This document shows, in pieces, positions 1 through 8,005 of a stretch of DNA of 51,096 bases. The position numbers and the translations under genes were made by a program. The DNA is from Acidobacteriota bacterium (GTDB lineage: Bacteria; Acidobacteriota; Terriglobia; 20CM-2-55-15). The stretch is taken from NCBI GenBank assembly GCA_022821265.1, contig JAJEDW010000177.1:1-51096 (forward strand), given 5' to 3'. A model generated the notes under the pieces. The model was not told where the DNA came from and ran no database searches. It saw nothing but the letters and a program-made list of their open reading frames with translations. Each line of letters starts with the position of its first letter. Within the stretch, counting starts at the first letter, position 1.

Positions 1-963
1 ATCATGATGCTGGTCGAAGAGGGCAAGGTGCGCCTGAACGATCCGGTGTCGCGGTTCCTGCCCAGCTTCGCCGACACCGAGGTCGCCGTCGCGCGGCCCG
101 CCGGCCGCGGGGGCGGTTTCGGCGGCGCGGCGCCCGGCGGCGGACGCGGCGCCCCGCCCGATTTCTACACGGTGCCCGCGGCGCGCGAGGTGACCGTCGC
201 GGATCTCCTCACCCATACCTCCGGCGTCATGAGCGGCGCGATGAGCGGCTCGGTCGGCGGCCGGTTCAGCGCCGACCGCCACGAAGTCGGCCTGGCGTGG
301 GTGGACGAGCTGGGAACGGCGCCGCTGGAGTTCCAGCCCGGTTCGCGCTGGGCCTACAGCGCGCTGGCGGGCTTCGACGTCCTGAGCCGCATCGTCGAGG
401 TCGCATCGGGCGAGTCCTTCGGCCGCTTCCTGGAGTCCCGCCTCTTCGAGCCGCTGGGCATCCGGGACATGACCTTCTGGCCGACCGACGAACAGCGGGA
501 GCGCCTGGTGTCGTCCTACGGCTACACGGACGGCGCGCTCGCGTTGCGCAACAACCCCGACTCGATGTCGGGCGAGCGGTACTTCTCCGGCGCCGGCGGC
601 CTGATGACGACCGCGGAGGACTACGCGCGGTTCGGCATGATGCTGGCCGCCGACGGCGCCGGTCCGGCGCGCGCCCTGCTGGGCACGCGGACCATGGACG
701 TGCTCCGCTCGGTCTGGATCCCCGACACGCTGCCGGGACGCCCTCCGGGCGAAGGCTACGGCCTGAGCGTCCGCGTCCTGGACGATCCGATCGCGGCGGG
801 CAGCCTGCTGTCGCCGGGTACTTTCGGGTGGAGCGGCGCCTACGGGACCCACTTCTTCGTGGATCCGGTCGAGGACCTCGTCGGGGTCATGATGATCCAG
901 ACGCCGATCCGCGAGATGCGGCCGCTGTTCGAAACGGCGGTCATGCAGGCGATCATCGACTAG
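1..963 (+). CDS. serine hydrolase, beta-lactamase / penicillin-binding-protein-like family (5' end outside window)
   Basis: Reading frame is open to the window edge. Family-typical segments: LTHTSG, WAYSALAGFDVLSRIVE, FSGAGGLMTTAEDYARF, GWSGAYGTHFFVDP. High GC3. Stop TAG at 961-963. Confidence 0.8.
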   Translation: MMMLVEEGKVRLNDPVSRFLPSFADTEVAVARPAGRGGGFGGAAPGGGRGAPPDFYTVPAAREVTVADLLTHTSGVMSGAMSGSVGGRFSADRHEVGLAWVDELGTAPLEFQPGSRWAYSALAGFDVLSRIVEVASGESFGRFLESRLFEPLGIRDMTFWPTDEQRERLVSSYGYTDGALALRNNPDSMSGERYFSGAGGLMTTAEDYARFGMMLAADGAGPARALLGTRTMDVLRSVWIPDTLPGRPPGEGYGLSVRVLDDPIAAGSLLSPGTFGWSGAYGTHFFVDPVEDLVGVMMIQTPIREMRPLFETAVMQAIID

Positions 964-1011
964 CGGTTCCGAATCTCTTCAGAGTCGCTCGGCGCCGGCC
1001 GACACCGGCGC

Positions 1012-1401
1012 TCACGCAGTGTCGACGCGCAACGGGGTATGCCGCGCCAGCGTGTCGAAGTCGGCGTCGCGGTGGAGAACCGGCAGGTCGGAGCGGATGG
1101 CCAGCGCGCCGACGAGGCAGTCGATGAGAACGCGAACCGTCTCGCCCCGACTGCGGCACTGCCGATAGAGCGCGGCCGCATGGTCGAAGTCTCCGGGCCG
1201 CATCGGAACGAGCACGGCTCGCGCGATCAGCCTTCGAAGATCGCGCCGATGCGGCTCGTCTCGAGCTCCAGCCAACAGTTCCATGCGAACGACATCGCAC
1301 GTTGCGATGTCGCCGCCGAGAAGCTCTCCGACTCGAACGCACGTTGCCGATCCGGTGTCGCGGAGATACTCGACCCAGGCGGACGTGTCAACGAGGATCA
1401 C
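1012..1401 (-). CDS. vapC: type II toxin VapC (PIN-domain ribonuclease)
   Basis: PIN acidic residues in expected order: ILVDTSAWVEY, MELLAG, VLIDCLVGALA, LHRDADFD. The GTG start at 1401 overlaps the upstream antitoxin stop by 4 nt (GTGA). The ATG at 1440 in the ORF track would overlap vapB by 43 nt. Confidence 0.85.
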   Translation of the reverse strand: MILVDTSAWVEYLRDTGSATCVRVGELLGGDIATCDVVRMELLAGARDEPHRRDLRRLIARAVLVPMRPGDFDHAAALYRQCRSRGETVRVLIDCLVGALAIRSDLPVLHRDADFDTLARHTPLRVDTA

Positions 1402-1598
1402 TCGGAGCGTCCGCGCATTTCGTCCAGATCGCCTTCCCAACCGGATCCACGCATCCGACGGGCTTCCTCGAGGCTGAACGGTTCCGACGCAAGCGATCTT
1501 AAGGCAAAATTGACCGCTTCCCGCTTGGTCGCCAAGCGGTAACGCCGCATCACCGCCGCACAGGCTTCTTCGTCAACATCAACGTTGGTGCGTGCCAT
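1398..1598 (-). CDS. vapB: type II antitoxin VapB (MRTN-type small antitoxin)
   Basis: 66 aa starting MARTNVDVDEEACAAVMRRYRLATKREAVNFALR, typical of VapB antitoxins paired with PIN toxins. Translationally coupled to vapC. Confidence 0.85.
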   Translation of the reverse strand: MARTNVDVDEEACAAVMRRYRLATKREAVNFALRSLASEPFSLEEARRMRGSGWEGDLDEMRGRSE

Positions 1599-1891
1599 AC
1601 ACCGATGATACACCACTGGTGTCCGGTCACGCGAGTTCGTGCGGTTGTCTTAGTGGATTCGTTCTCTGGAAAAGGCGCCTCTGGCGCCGCGTCGACTGAA
1701 ATCGCCACCTGGATCGTCGCGATTCCACGAAGCGTCCAGAAGCCCCGCCCCGTTCTAACCTCGGTTCGAACCTGTCCACCGTGCGAAGCGCACTCCGGCG
1801 AATGGGAAATCCACGCTTGCCGCGAAAATCCCTGCAACGCGTGTACTGCACACGAGCCATGTCGTTACTCTGGCGCTGGCCCCGGCCCTCG

Positions 1892-2659
1892 TTAACGCGG
1901 CTTGTCCCCCCGTATCGTCAACAGGCAGGTTTCGGAAGGGACCGTGTCCTCCGGATGCGCCGCCGCGATGGCGCGCTCCACGCGGCCGAGACCCGCGCGA
2001 TACTCCGCGTCCGACATCGCCACGAAATGCGACGTGCGGTGCCGCTCCGAGGCGTAGGCCAGATATTCGCCGAGCCTCTCGCGGGTGCGCCGGTGCTCCC
2101 GCCGCGTCTCGATGTACGCGAATCCGGCGGAGCGCATGGCGTCGCAGAACTCTTCCGCCGTCATGAAGTCGCGATGGTCGAGCTCGCGGGCTTCCGGGAA
2201 AAACCGGTACAGGATCCAGCCGTCCATCGACCAGGGATCGACGTTGGTCATCACGAATCGGCCGCCGGGCCGGAGCACGCGCAGCACCTCGGCGATGAAC
2301 CGCTCCTTCTCCTGCATGTGCGGATAGGAAAACTGGTTGCTGACGTAGTCGAACGCGTCGTGACGAAACGGAAGGTTCGACCCGTCGCCCTGCACCCAGG
2401 GCACGTCGCGGCATCGCCCGCGCGCGATCCTCAGCATGCCGATCGACAGATCGGTTCCCACGATGGCGGCCCCCGGGAACGCCGCGCGATTGGCTTGAAT
2501 CTGCTTTCCCGTTCCGCAGCCGACATCGAGCAGGCGGACGCGCGAGGTGACGGTCGGCGAGCACACGCGCAGGAAGGCGATCAGGTTCGCGTCCACCCCA
2601 TGATCGCGCGACGGCTCGTCGTACTTGTCGGCGATTTCGTCGTAGTTCACGCGTTTCAT
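1892..2659 (-). CDS. class I SAM-dependent methyltransferase (Methyltransf_11-like)
   Basis: Motif I LLDVGCGTGK, then IVGTDLS and LRPGGRFVMTN. Start placed at the internal ATG 2659 (MKRVNYDEIADKYD); the track start at 2746 is also possible. Stop TAA. Confidence 0.8.
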   Translation of the reverse strand: MKRVNYDEIADKYDEPSRDHGVDANLIAFLRVCSPTVTSRVRLLDVGCGTGKQIQANRAAFPGAAIVGTDLSIGMLRIARGRCRDVPWVQGDGSNLPFRHDAFDYVSNQFSYPHMQEKERFIAEVLRVLRPGGRFVMTNVDPWSMDGWILYRFFPEARELDHRDFMTAEEFCDAMRSAGFAYIETRREHRRTRERLGEYLAYASERHRTSHFVAMSDAEYRAGLGRVERAIAAAHPEDTVPSETCLLTIRGDKPR

Positions 2660-2782
2660 GCAGTCATCGCCGCCTGCCGTGGCGGGACTTCGCACCGCCC
2701 ACGGTGTCTCGATCGCGGTCACGCGGTCCCGGTCCGAAACCGGCATCGCGCACCGTCTATGATTCCAGCACCCGCCCTCGTT

Positions 2783-3262
2783 TCAGCGCGCACTATCGGA
2801 CGATGGCCCTACGGCTATACCATGAGTTCTACCCGCGCCCGCCGAAGTCACATATAGAACATGGATCCGCAACCGCGACCGATGGAGCATGAACCAGGCG
2901 GCTTTCTGGCCGATCCCAAGCTCGCGATGCAGCCGCATTGACGAGATCCCCTTGAGGTTCGTCGTGAACAGGTACCTACCCATCGCCCAGATCCGAAACG
3001 GCAGCTTCGAGCCTTCCATGACGGTGCGCGTCCGAAGCGTGAACATCCGGCGATCCGGGCACTCCCGGCAGCGGTGCGTCATCGTTCGATGCTTGATGCC
3101 CACCTGGACGTTGTCCGTTACGCAGTACGGGCAGCGCGGATTCTCGGGCCAACGACGTTAAGCGATCCATTCCTTCGCCGCGGCCTCGTCGCTGAACATG
3201 TCTGCGATCTGAAGCAGCGTCACGCCTTCGCGGTGGTGTCTGCCGGGTGCCTTGTGAGCCAT
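2783..3262 (-). pseudogene. IS1595-family transposase remnant (N-terminal Zn-ribbon/HTH only, in-frame TAA, DDE domain missing)
   Basis: Minus strand from ATG 3262 reads MAHKAPGRHHREGVTLLQIADMFSDEAAAKEWIA-TAA(3158-3160)-RRWPENPRCPYCVTDNVQVGIKHRTMTHRCRECPDRRMFTLRTRTVMEGSKLPFRIWAMGRYLFTTNLKGISSMRLHRELGIGQKAAWFMLHR. After about 2880 it diverges into unrelated sequence. No DDE catalytic domain follows. Confidence 0.7.
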
Positions 3263-3340
3263 ACGCGCCTCCGAATGTGACTATAGGGCAGGTCGGGGCG
3301 CACGGCGCGTCAAGCGGGAATTGTGACTCTCCGACATGAT

Positions 3341-3360
3341 TCCCAAAATTTCCCAAAATT
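3341..3360. repeat. perfect 10-bp tandem direct repeat TCCCAAAATT x2
   Basis: Read directly: tcccaaaatt tcccaaaatt. Lies between the IS1595 remnant and the low-GC hypothetical gene. Confidence 0.6.
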
Positions 3361-3416
3361 TATCCGCCTCGGGAACCGACGGTGGTACAAGGTCGTATCG
3401 GAAGGGGAGTGACCTC

Positions 3417-3854
3417 ATGACTACGAGCCACCTCGATGAGTTTCTGAGTGAAGCCGGCGAGAAACCGTATCGAAGGCTTGTGGAGCGTCACCTGAGGCGG
3501 ACCTCAGTTTCCAATTTCCAGAAAGCACTTTTTAGCGAGGTCGACGGTTTGCCCCGGCCGGCTCAACCCTTCGTCGTGGACTATATCGATGTTCTCAATC
3601 GCGAACTTGCATACCACCAGGAATTCTGGGGCACGGCGACGTGTCGGAAGGCGTTCGAAGTAATCATCGAGATCGCTGTTGGATCGCTACCGATCAGCGA
3701 CAGAATGGCATCGTTGAACGAGGCCCTGGAACCATCAAATCACGAGTTGGCCTTTGGGTTGTTTCAAGTCTGCACTCTCAACTTTGCCTATTCGGCAGCG
3801 ACTCAACGAAAACAACGAAAATTCATGGGAATCCGGAAGGGAATACTCGGATGA
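3417..3854 (+). CDS. hypothetical protein in ~50% GC islet
   Basis: ORF 3336..3854. Start placed at ATG 3417, preceded by GGAAGGGGAG. No recognisable motifs. Its composition is clearly lower in GC than the flanks. Confidence 0.45.
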   Translation: MTTSHLDEFLSEAGEKPYRRLVERHLRRTSVSNFQKALFSEVDGLPRPAQPFVVDYIDVLNRELAYHQEFWGTATCRKAFEVIIEIAVGSLPISDRMASLNEALEPSNHELAFGLFQVCTLNFAYSAATQRKQRKFMGIRKGILG

Positions 3855-4208
3855 TTCAGACGGGAATCGTATGCTTCATCATGCGCATCCGGCTTGTTCC
3901 GGTTACGGCACACCGAGAAATGCGGGCGAGTTCATCTCGCCCTCCAGACGGTTGGCGTATACCGCATGGCCATCGGCGCCAGTTCACCACCAGCGAGAAA
4001 TCCAGCTTCGCGCACCCGGCGGTATTCGTCGCGAGCGATTCCACCGCTCGCTTGCCCGCTAGTCGCCGTCCTTGCCGGACTGCCCTAGCTCGTTGAACCC
4101 CGCACGGCGAAGCTGACACGCTCGTGGAGCGGCACTCCGGACACGGCAGCGCCACGGGAGGCTGCGCGCCGTTCATGTTAGAGTCATATGATGTTCTCCT
4201 GATCGAAG

Positions 4209-4427
4209 GTGATTCCCGTGCAACAGGTCAGAGTTTCCGCAAAGTACCAAGTCGTCATTCCCAAACCGGTCCGCGAGTCCCTTGGCATCCAGCCCGGACA
4301 GCGCCTCGAAGTCTTGCCCTACGGCGACCGCATCGAGCTGGTGCCTGTGAGGGAGATGGGCGAGATGCGGGGCTTTCTGGCCGGCATGGACCCGCGGTTC
4401 GAGCGCGAACCGGACCGTGAACTCTGA
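4209..4427 (+). CDS. AbrB/MazE/SpoVT-family antitoxin
   Basis: VRVSAKYQVVIPKPVRESLGIQPGQRLEVLPYGDRIELVP is a swapped-hairpin AbrB-type DNA-binding fold signature. GTG 4209 or GTG 4218 (RBS-like GAAGGTGA upstream). Followed 2 nt later by a PIN ORF. Confidence 0.75.
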   Translation: MIPVQQVRVSAKYQVVIPKPVRESLGIQPGQRLEVLPYGDRIELVPVREMGEMRGFLAGMDPRFEREPDREL

Positions 4428-4429
4428 GC

Positions 4430-4777
4430 GTGGCGGCGGACACAATCAACCTCGTTGATTCCTCGGGCTGGCTCGAGTACTTCACCGACGGGCCCAACGC
4501 CGGCGTTTACGCCGAACCCCTTGCGGACGCAAGCCGACTGGTCGTGCCCACCGTGAGCGTGTACGAGGTCTTTCGCGTGGTGTTGCGCCGCCGGGGCGAG
4601 GACGACGCGCTGCGCGCGGCCGCGCTCATGAACCGCGGGCGCTCGGTCCCGCTGACGTCCGCCCTGGCCCTTCAGGCCGCGCGTACGGACCGCGCGAGGG
4701 CTGCGCCCACGGCAACGTCGACCGGAACCCCGGCCCCACCTCGGTCTCCGTGTTCCGCTCTTTTGTGTTCAACGTGA
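4430..4777 (+). CDS. PIN-domain VapC-like toxin, C-terminal third aberrant (probably decayed)
   Basis: The N-terminal two thirds are PIN-like (INLVDSSGWLEYF, VPTVSVYEVFRV). After ALALQAAR the frame reads Ala/Pro/Thr-rich TDRARAAPTATSTGTPAPPRS. The third and fourth acidic PIN residues are not seen in any frame. Confidence 0.55.
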   Translation: MAADTINLVDSSGWLEYFTDGPNAGVYAEPLADASRLVVPTVSVYEVFRVVLRRRGEDDALRAAALMNRGRSVPLTSALALQAARTDRARAAPTATSTGTPAPPRSPCSALLCST

Positions 4778-4842
4778 CGCGTTCCTGAAGCCAAGACACC
4801 CGGCGGCGAATATATCCTTGAGCGACCGGACGGAGGATCGAA

Positions 4843-5280
4843 ATGCGAAAACTGTGGCTGTCGTGTCTATTGGCGCTGCCCGCTGCGGCGGTGGCGCAGG
4901 AATCGCCCGGACGGCTGATGCTCGAGGCCGGCGTCACCGGCGGCAACAGTCTCGCGTGTCCCGGCCATTACGTCGGCGTGGAAGGGCGCGTCGCGGGCCC
5001 GGTGTCGGCGTACGGGATGGTGGAAAACTATCGCTGCGTGGATCTGGCGGGAACGGCCAGCCGTCTCGGCGCGTCGGTGCGCCTCGGGCGCTCGGGTTGG
5101 CTTGTGCGTCCCGCCGTGCGTGTCGGGTTGGAGTACGACGGGGGTGACGTCTTGCACAACGTCGGCGGGAGTCTGACTCTCGGACGGCGGTACGGAGCAC
5201 GCTTCATCGTAAACCGCGGGGTCGTGCCCGGCGGGGCGTCGATCGTACTCCTTCAGCTTGGCGGTTACGTTTCGTTCTGA
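4843..5280 (+). CDS. small secreted protein, possible outer-membrane beta-barrel
   Basis: Sec signal MRKLWLSCLLALPAAAVAQE. Gly-rich alternating pattern. C-terminal GGYVSF ends in Phe as in OMPs. RBS GGAGGA upstream of the ATG. Confidence 0.5.
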   Translation: MRKLWLSCLLALPAAAVAQESPGRLMLEAGVTGGNSLACPGHYVGVEGRVAGPVSAYGMVENYRCVDLAGTASRLGASVRLGRSGWLVRPAVRVGLEYDGGDVLHNVGGSLTLGRRYGARFIVNRGVVPGGASIVLLQLGGYVSF

Positions 5281-5370
5281 CCGTGCGCGGCGGGGCGGAC
5301 GCGTATGGAATCGCTGCTCTACGTCTGAAGGCCCAACGAAGCACGCCCATCTTCTCTTCGCAACATTCCG

Positions 5371-6099
5371 ATGCGCCATCCGATGCCGACCGTCGAATCG
5401 ATCATGCTCCGGCTCGAATCCATGGGCCGCGAACGGACACGCAGGATGTATGCGCGGCACGGGATGGCCGCCGAACGCAGCTTCGGCGTGAGCGTGGCCG
5501 ATCTCAAGAAAGTCGCCAAGACCATCAGGGGCGAACACGATCTCGCGTGCGCGATCTACGACACCGGGAACCTGGACGCGATGTACCTGGCCGGTATGGT
5601 GGCGGACGGTTCTCGCATGACCCGGAAGCAACTCGATGGATGGGCGAGGCGGGCCAAGGGAATGTCCATGGTCGCGGAGAACACCGTGGCCTAGGTGGCC
5701 GTCGAGAGCCCGCATGCGCGCGACATCGCGTTGAAGTGGATCCGGTCCGAACAGGAACACGTCGCGTCGGCCGGTTGGTGCACCTACTCCGGTATCGTCG
5801 CCACGGCGCCGGATCCGGATCTGGACCTGGAGGAGATCGAGGATCTTCTTGACACGGTGGTCAGGGAGATCGACCGGACGCAGAACCGCGTGCGGTACAC
5901 GATGAACGGTTTCGTGATCTCGGTCGGGGCTTACGTCGAGCCCCTGACGAAGCGGGCGCGGTCGGCGGCCGCCAGGATCGGCGTCGTATCGGTGGACATG
6001 GGCGACACGGCATGCAAGGTTCCGCTGGCCACCGCGTATATCGACAAGATCGAAGGGATGGGAAGAATAGGCCGGAAACGCAAGACGATCCGGTGCTGA
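5371..6099 (+). CDS. DNA alkylation repair (AlkD-like HEAT-repeat, PF08713-type) protein interrupted by in-frame TAG at 5692-5694
   Basis: Track ORFs 5371..5694 and 5695..6099 are contiguous and in the same frame: ...MSMVAENTVA-TAG-VAVESPHARDIALKWIRSEQEHVASAGWCTYS...VSVDMGDTACKVP...GRKRKTIRC. Together they give one full-length family member. Confidence 0.75.
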
Positions 6100-6418
6100 T
6101 GGACGCCGCACGCGGCGTTTCCGTAGATGCGCTTGCCGTGCTCCCTGACACTACAGAGAGCGCCATCCGGCATGTCGTGGACGGTTCGACCCGTTTCGAA
6201 CTTCCGGGACGCGACACGACCTCGACACCGCTCACGTCCGCGCCCGCCGAGATGACCGCCGTGTCCACGTTCTCCCCGTCCATCCAGCTCCAGGCCGTCT
6301 CGACCTGCACCATCGCCGCCGCGCGGGTCGGGGCCGTGGGTTCGGCGGCCCAACGGCTTGCCGGAACCGACGCTCTGATGGTATATATCGTGAGATATTC
6401 CATGCTGGGGAGGTCGTC

Positions 6419-6661
6419 GTGAGCCAGACCGTGGAGTACCGGGGGATCGCGAAGGTGTTTTGGAGCGGCCGCAGTCAGGCAGTGCGTCTGCCGGCCCCGT
6501 GCCGGTTCGACACGTCCGAAGTCGAAGTGATCAAGGAGGGCGATTGCCTGACCCTGCGCCCGCGCGGAAAGAACTGGCGCGCGTACTTCGACTCGTCGAC
6601 GCGCGGATCCCTGCCCGAGCGGCTTGAGCCGCCACTCGAGGATCGGGGCGAGATTCGCTGA
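6419..6661 (+). CDS. vapB: AbrB-type antitoxin VapB
   Basis: GTG start preceded by GGGGAGG. IAKVFWSGRSQAVRLPAPCRFDTSEVEVIKEGDCLTLRP is typical of VapB/AbrB-like antitoxins. The stop shares 1 nt with the vapC start (TGATG). Confidence 0.8.
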   Translation: MSQTVEYRGIAKVFWSGRSQAVRLPAPCRFDTSEVEVIKEGDCLTLRPRGKNWRAYFDSSTRGSLPERLEPPLEDRGEIR

Positions 6662-7056
6662 TGTTCATGCTGGACACGAACATCTGCATCTATCTCATCA
6701 ACGAACGCGACCCGGGGCTCCGGGAGCGCTTCACGGCGAACGCCGGCAGTATTCGGATTTCGGCGATCACGTACGCCGAGCTGTGCTATGGCGTCGCGCA
6801 TTCGAGGAGGGTCGCACAGAACGCACGGGAACTCGACGCCTTCCGCCTGGATCTGGAGATCGCGCCATTCGACCATGCGGCCGGGAAACACTATGGCGAG
6901 ATTCGCCATGCGCTTGCCAAGCGCGGTCAACCCATCGGCGCGAACGACCTGTTGATCGCGGCGCATGCCCGGAGCCTGGACGCCACCCTCGTAACAAACG
7001 ACAACGGCGAATTCGGCCGCGTGCCGGGCTTGCGGATCGAGAACTGGATGCGATGA
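6661..7056 (+). CDS. vapC: type II toxin VapC (PIN-domain ribonuclease)
   Basis: MFMLDTNICIYLIN, ISAITYAELCYG, IGANDLLIAAHA and LVTNDNGEF supply all four PIN acidic positions. Confidence 0.9.
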   Translation: MFMLDTNICIYLINERDPGLRERFTANAGSIRISAITYAELCYGVAHSRRVAQNARELDAFRLDLEIAPFDHAAGKHYGEIRHALAKRGQPIGANDLLIAAHARSLDATLVTNDNGEFGRVPGLRIENWMR

Positions 7057-7204
7057 CGGTTCGGAAGACCGAGCGCGACCCGCCGTGGATCACGTTCCCG
7101 ATGAGTTGACGGACAGGAACCGGATCGGCCTTCACGGATCAGGAATTCGCCGAGACCCTCTCGTTCGAAGACCGCCACCATGTCACCGGCCCAGCGCCGC
7201 CGCG

Positions 7205-7966
7205 TCAACCCAATACGGCCGCCTGGACCGTCGCGACCAGGTTCACCAGGGCGTGGAGCGCCAGCGGAACCCACAACGATCCGGTCCGGACGCGCGCGGC
7301 GCCGAACAGCAGCCCAACCAGGAACACGGTGGCGATCCCGTAGGCGTCATACTGCAGGTGGAGCAGGGCCCAAAGGGCCGCCGTCAAGATCACCGCGCCC
7401 GCCGGCCTGAGGAAGCTGCGGGCAAAACCCGGCAGCAGGAAGCCCCGGAAAAACGTCTCCTCGAACAGCGGCGCCCCGACGATGAGAGCGAGCCACAGCA
7501 ACCACACGGGCTGCGCCGACGCGTAGATGTCGGACATGAATGGCGGGACGATGGGGCGGCCCGTCGCCGCGGTCGTCAGGTCCGACAGGACGACCACGAC
7601 GGCTGTCAGGCCCGCCCACTTCAAGAAGACGGCCCATGGGACAGGCCCCAGCGCCAGGTAGTCCGACAGAACGGAACCCCGCTTCAGCTTGGCCGCGACG
7701 GCGATCATCGCCGTGCACACGAGCGTCGACAGGAGCGTCGCCACCGCCTCCAGCGTGCCGTCGATGGCGGCCGACTCGAGGGCGGCCGTCATTTCCTCCT
7801 CCGACAGGCCGGCTCCCCGCACGACCACGCCGACCAGGTACGTGACGCTCTGGACGAAGACGAACGCGACGGCGATCAGCAGGCCCCAGAGGCTGGTGCC
7901 CCAGAAGCCCCACCGCGCGGGCGCTTCAGGCTCAGGCTGAGGCAATGCGGGTTCCGTTGTCGTCAT
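7205..7966 (-). CDS. CPBP-family intramembrane glutamic endopeptidase (CAAX protease/Abi-like)
   Basis: Multiple TM helices. CPBP motifs EETFFRGFL, ALWALLH and HALVN. Confidence 0.85.
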   Translation of the reverse strand: MTTTEPALPQPEPEAPARWGFWGTSLWGLLIAVAFVFVQSVTYLVGVVVRGAGLSEEEMTAALESAAIDGTLEAVATLLSTLVCTAMIAVAAKLKRGSVLSDYLALGPVPWAVFLKWAGLTAVVVVLSDLTTAATGRPIVPPFMSDIYASAQPVWLLWLALIVGAPLFEETFFRGFLLPGFARSFLRPAGAVILTAALWALLHLQYDAYGIATVFLVGLLFGAARVRTGSLWVPLALHALVNLVATVQAAVLG

Positions 7967-8005
7967 GGGCGGGACTCCGGCTCCTGTCGTTGGCTCCTGC
8001 CGGCG

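Noticed and set aside
91-165. Gly/Arg-rich low-complexity inserts in exported enzymes: RPAGRGGGFGGAAPGGGRGAPP here, VRPGGGRGRGGPAAAPEP at about 19141-19190, and QRGRGAADAPPAGP at about 34735-34780.
   Set aside because: These are probably flexible linkers favoured by GC-rich codon composition. They have no repeat structure at the DNA level and no evidence of a shared functional motif.
1763-1772. GGTTCGAACC, a tRNA T-loop-like sequence in the 275-nt spacer between vapB and the methyltransferase. It could be a tRNA or an att-site fragment.
   Set aside because: The flanking bases do not form a T-stem, acceptor stem or anticodon arm on either strand. The decamer is simply a palindrome.
3856-4176. 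106-aa minus-strand ORF (MNGAQPPVALPCPECRS...) and overlapping plus-strand ORFs 3641..4096 and 3754..4062.
   Set aside because: No motifs, mixed codon bias, and stops in neighbouring frames. I cannot tell whether it is a real small gene or decayed sequence, so I left it unannotated and mention it under the low-GC islet.
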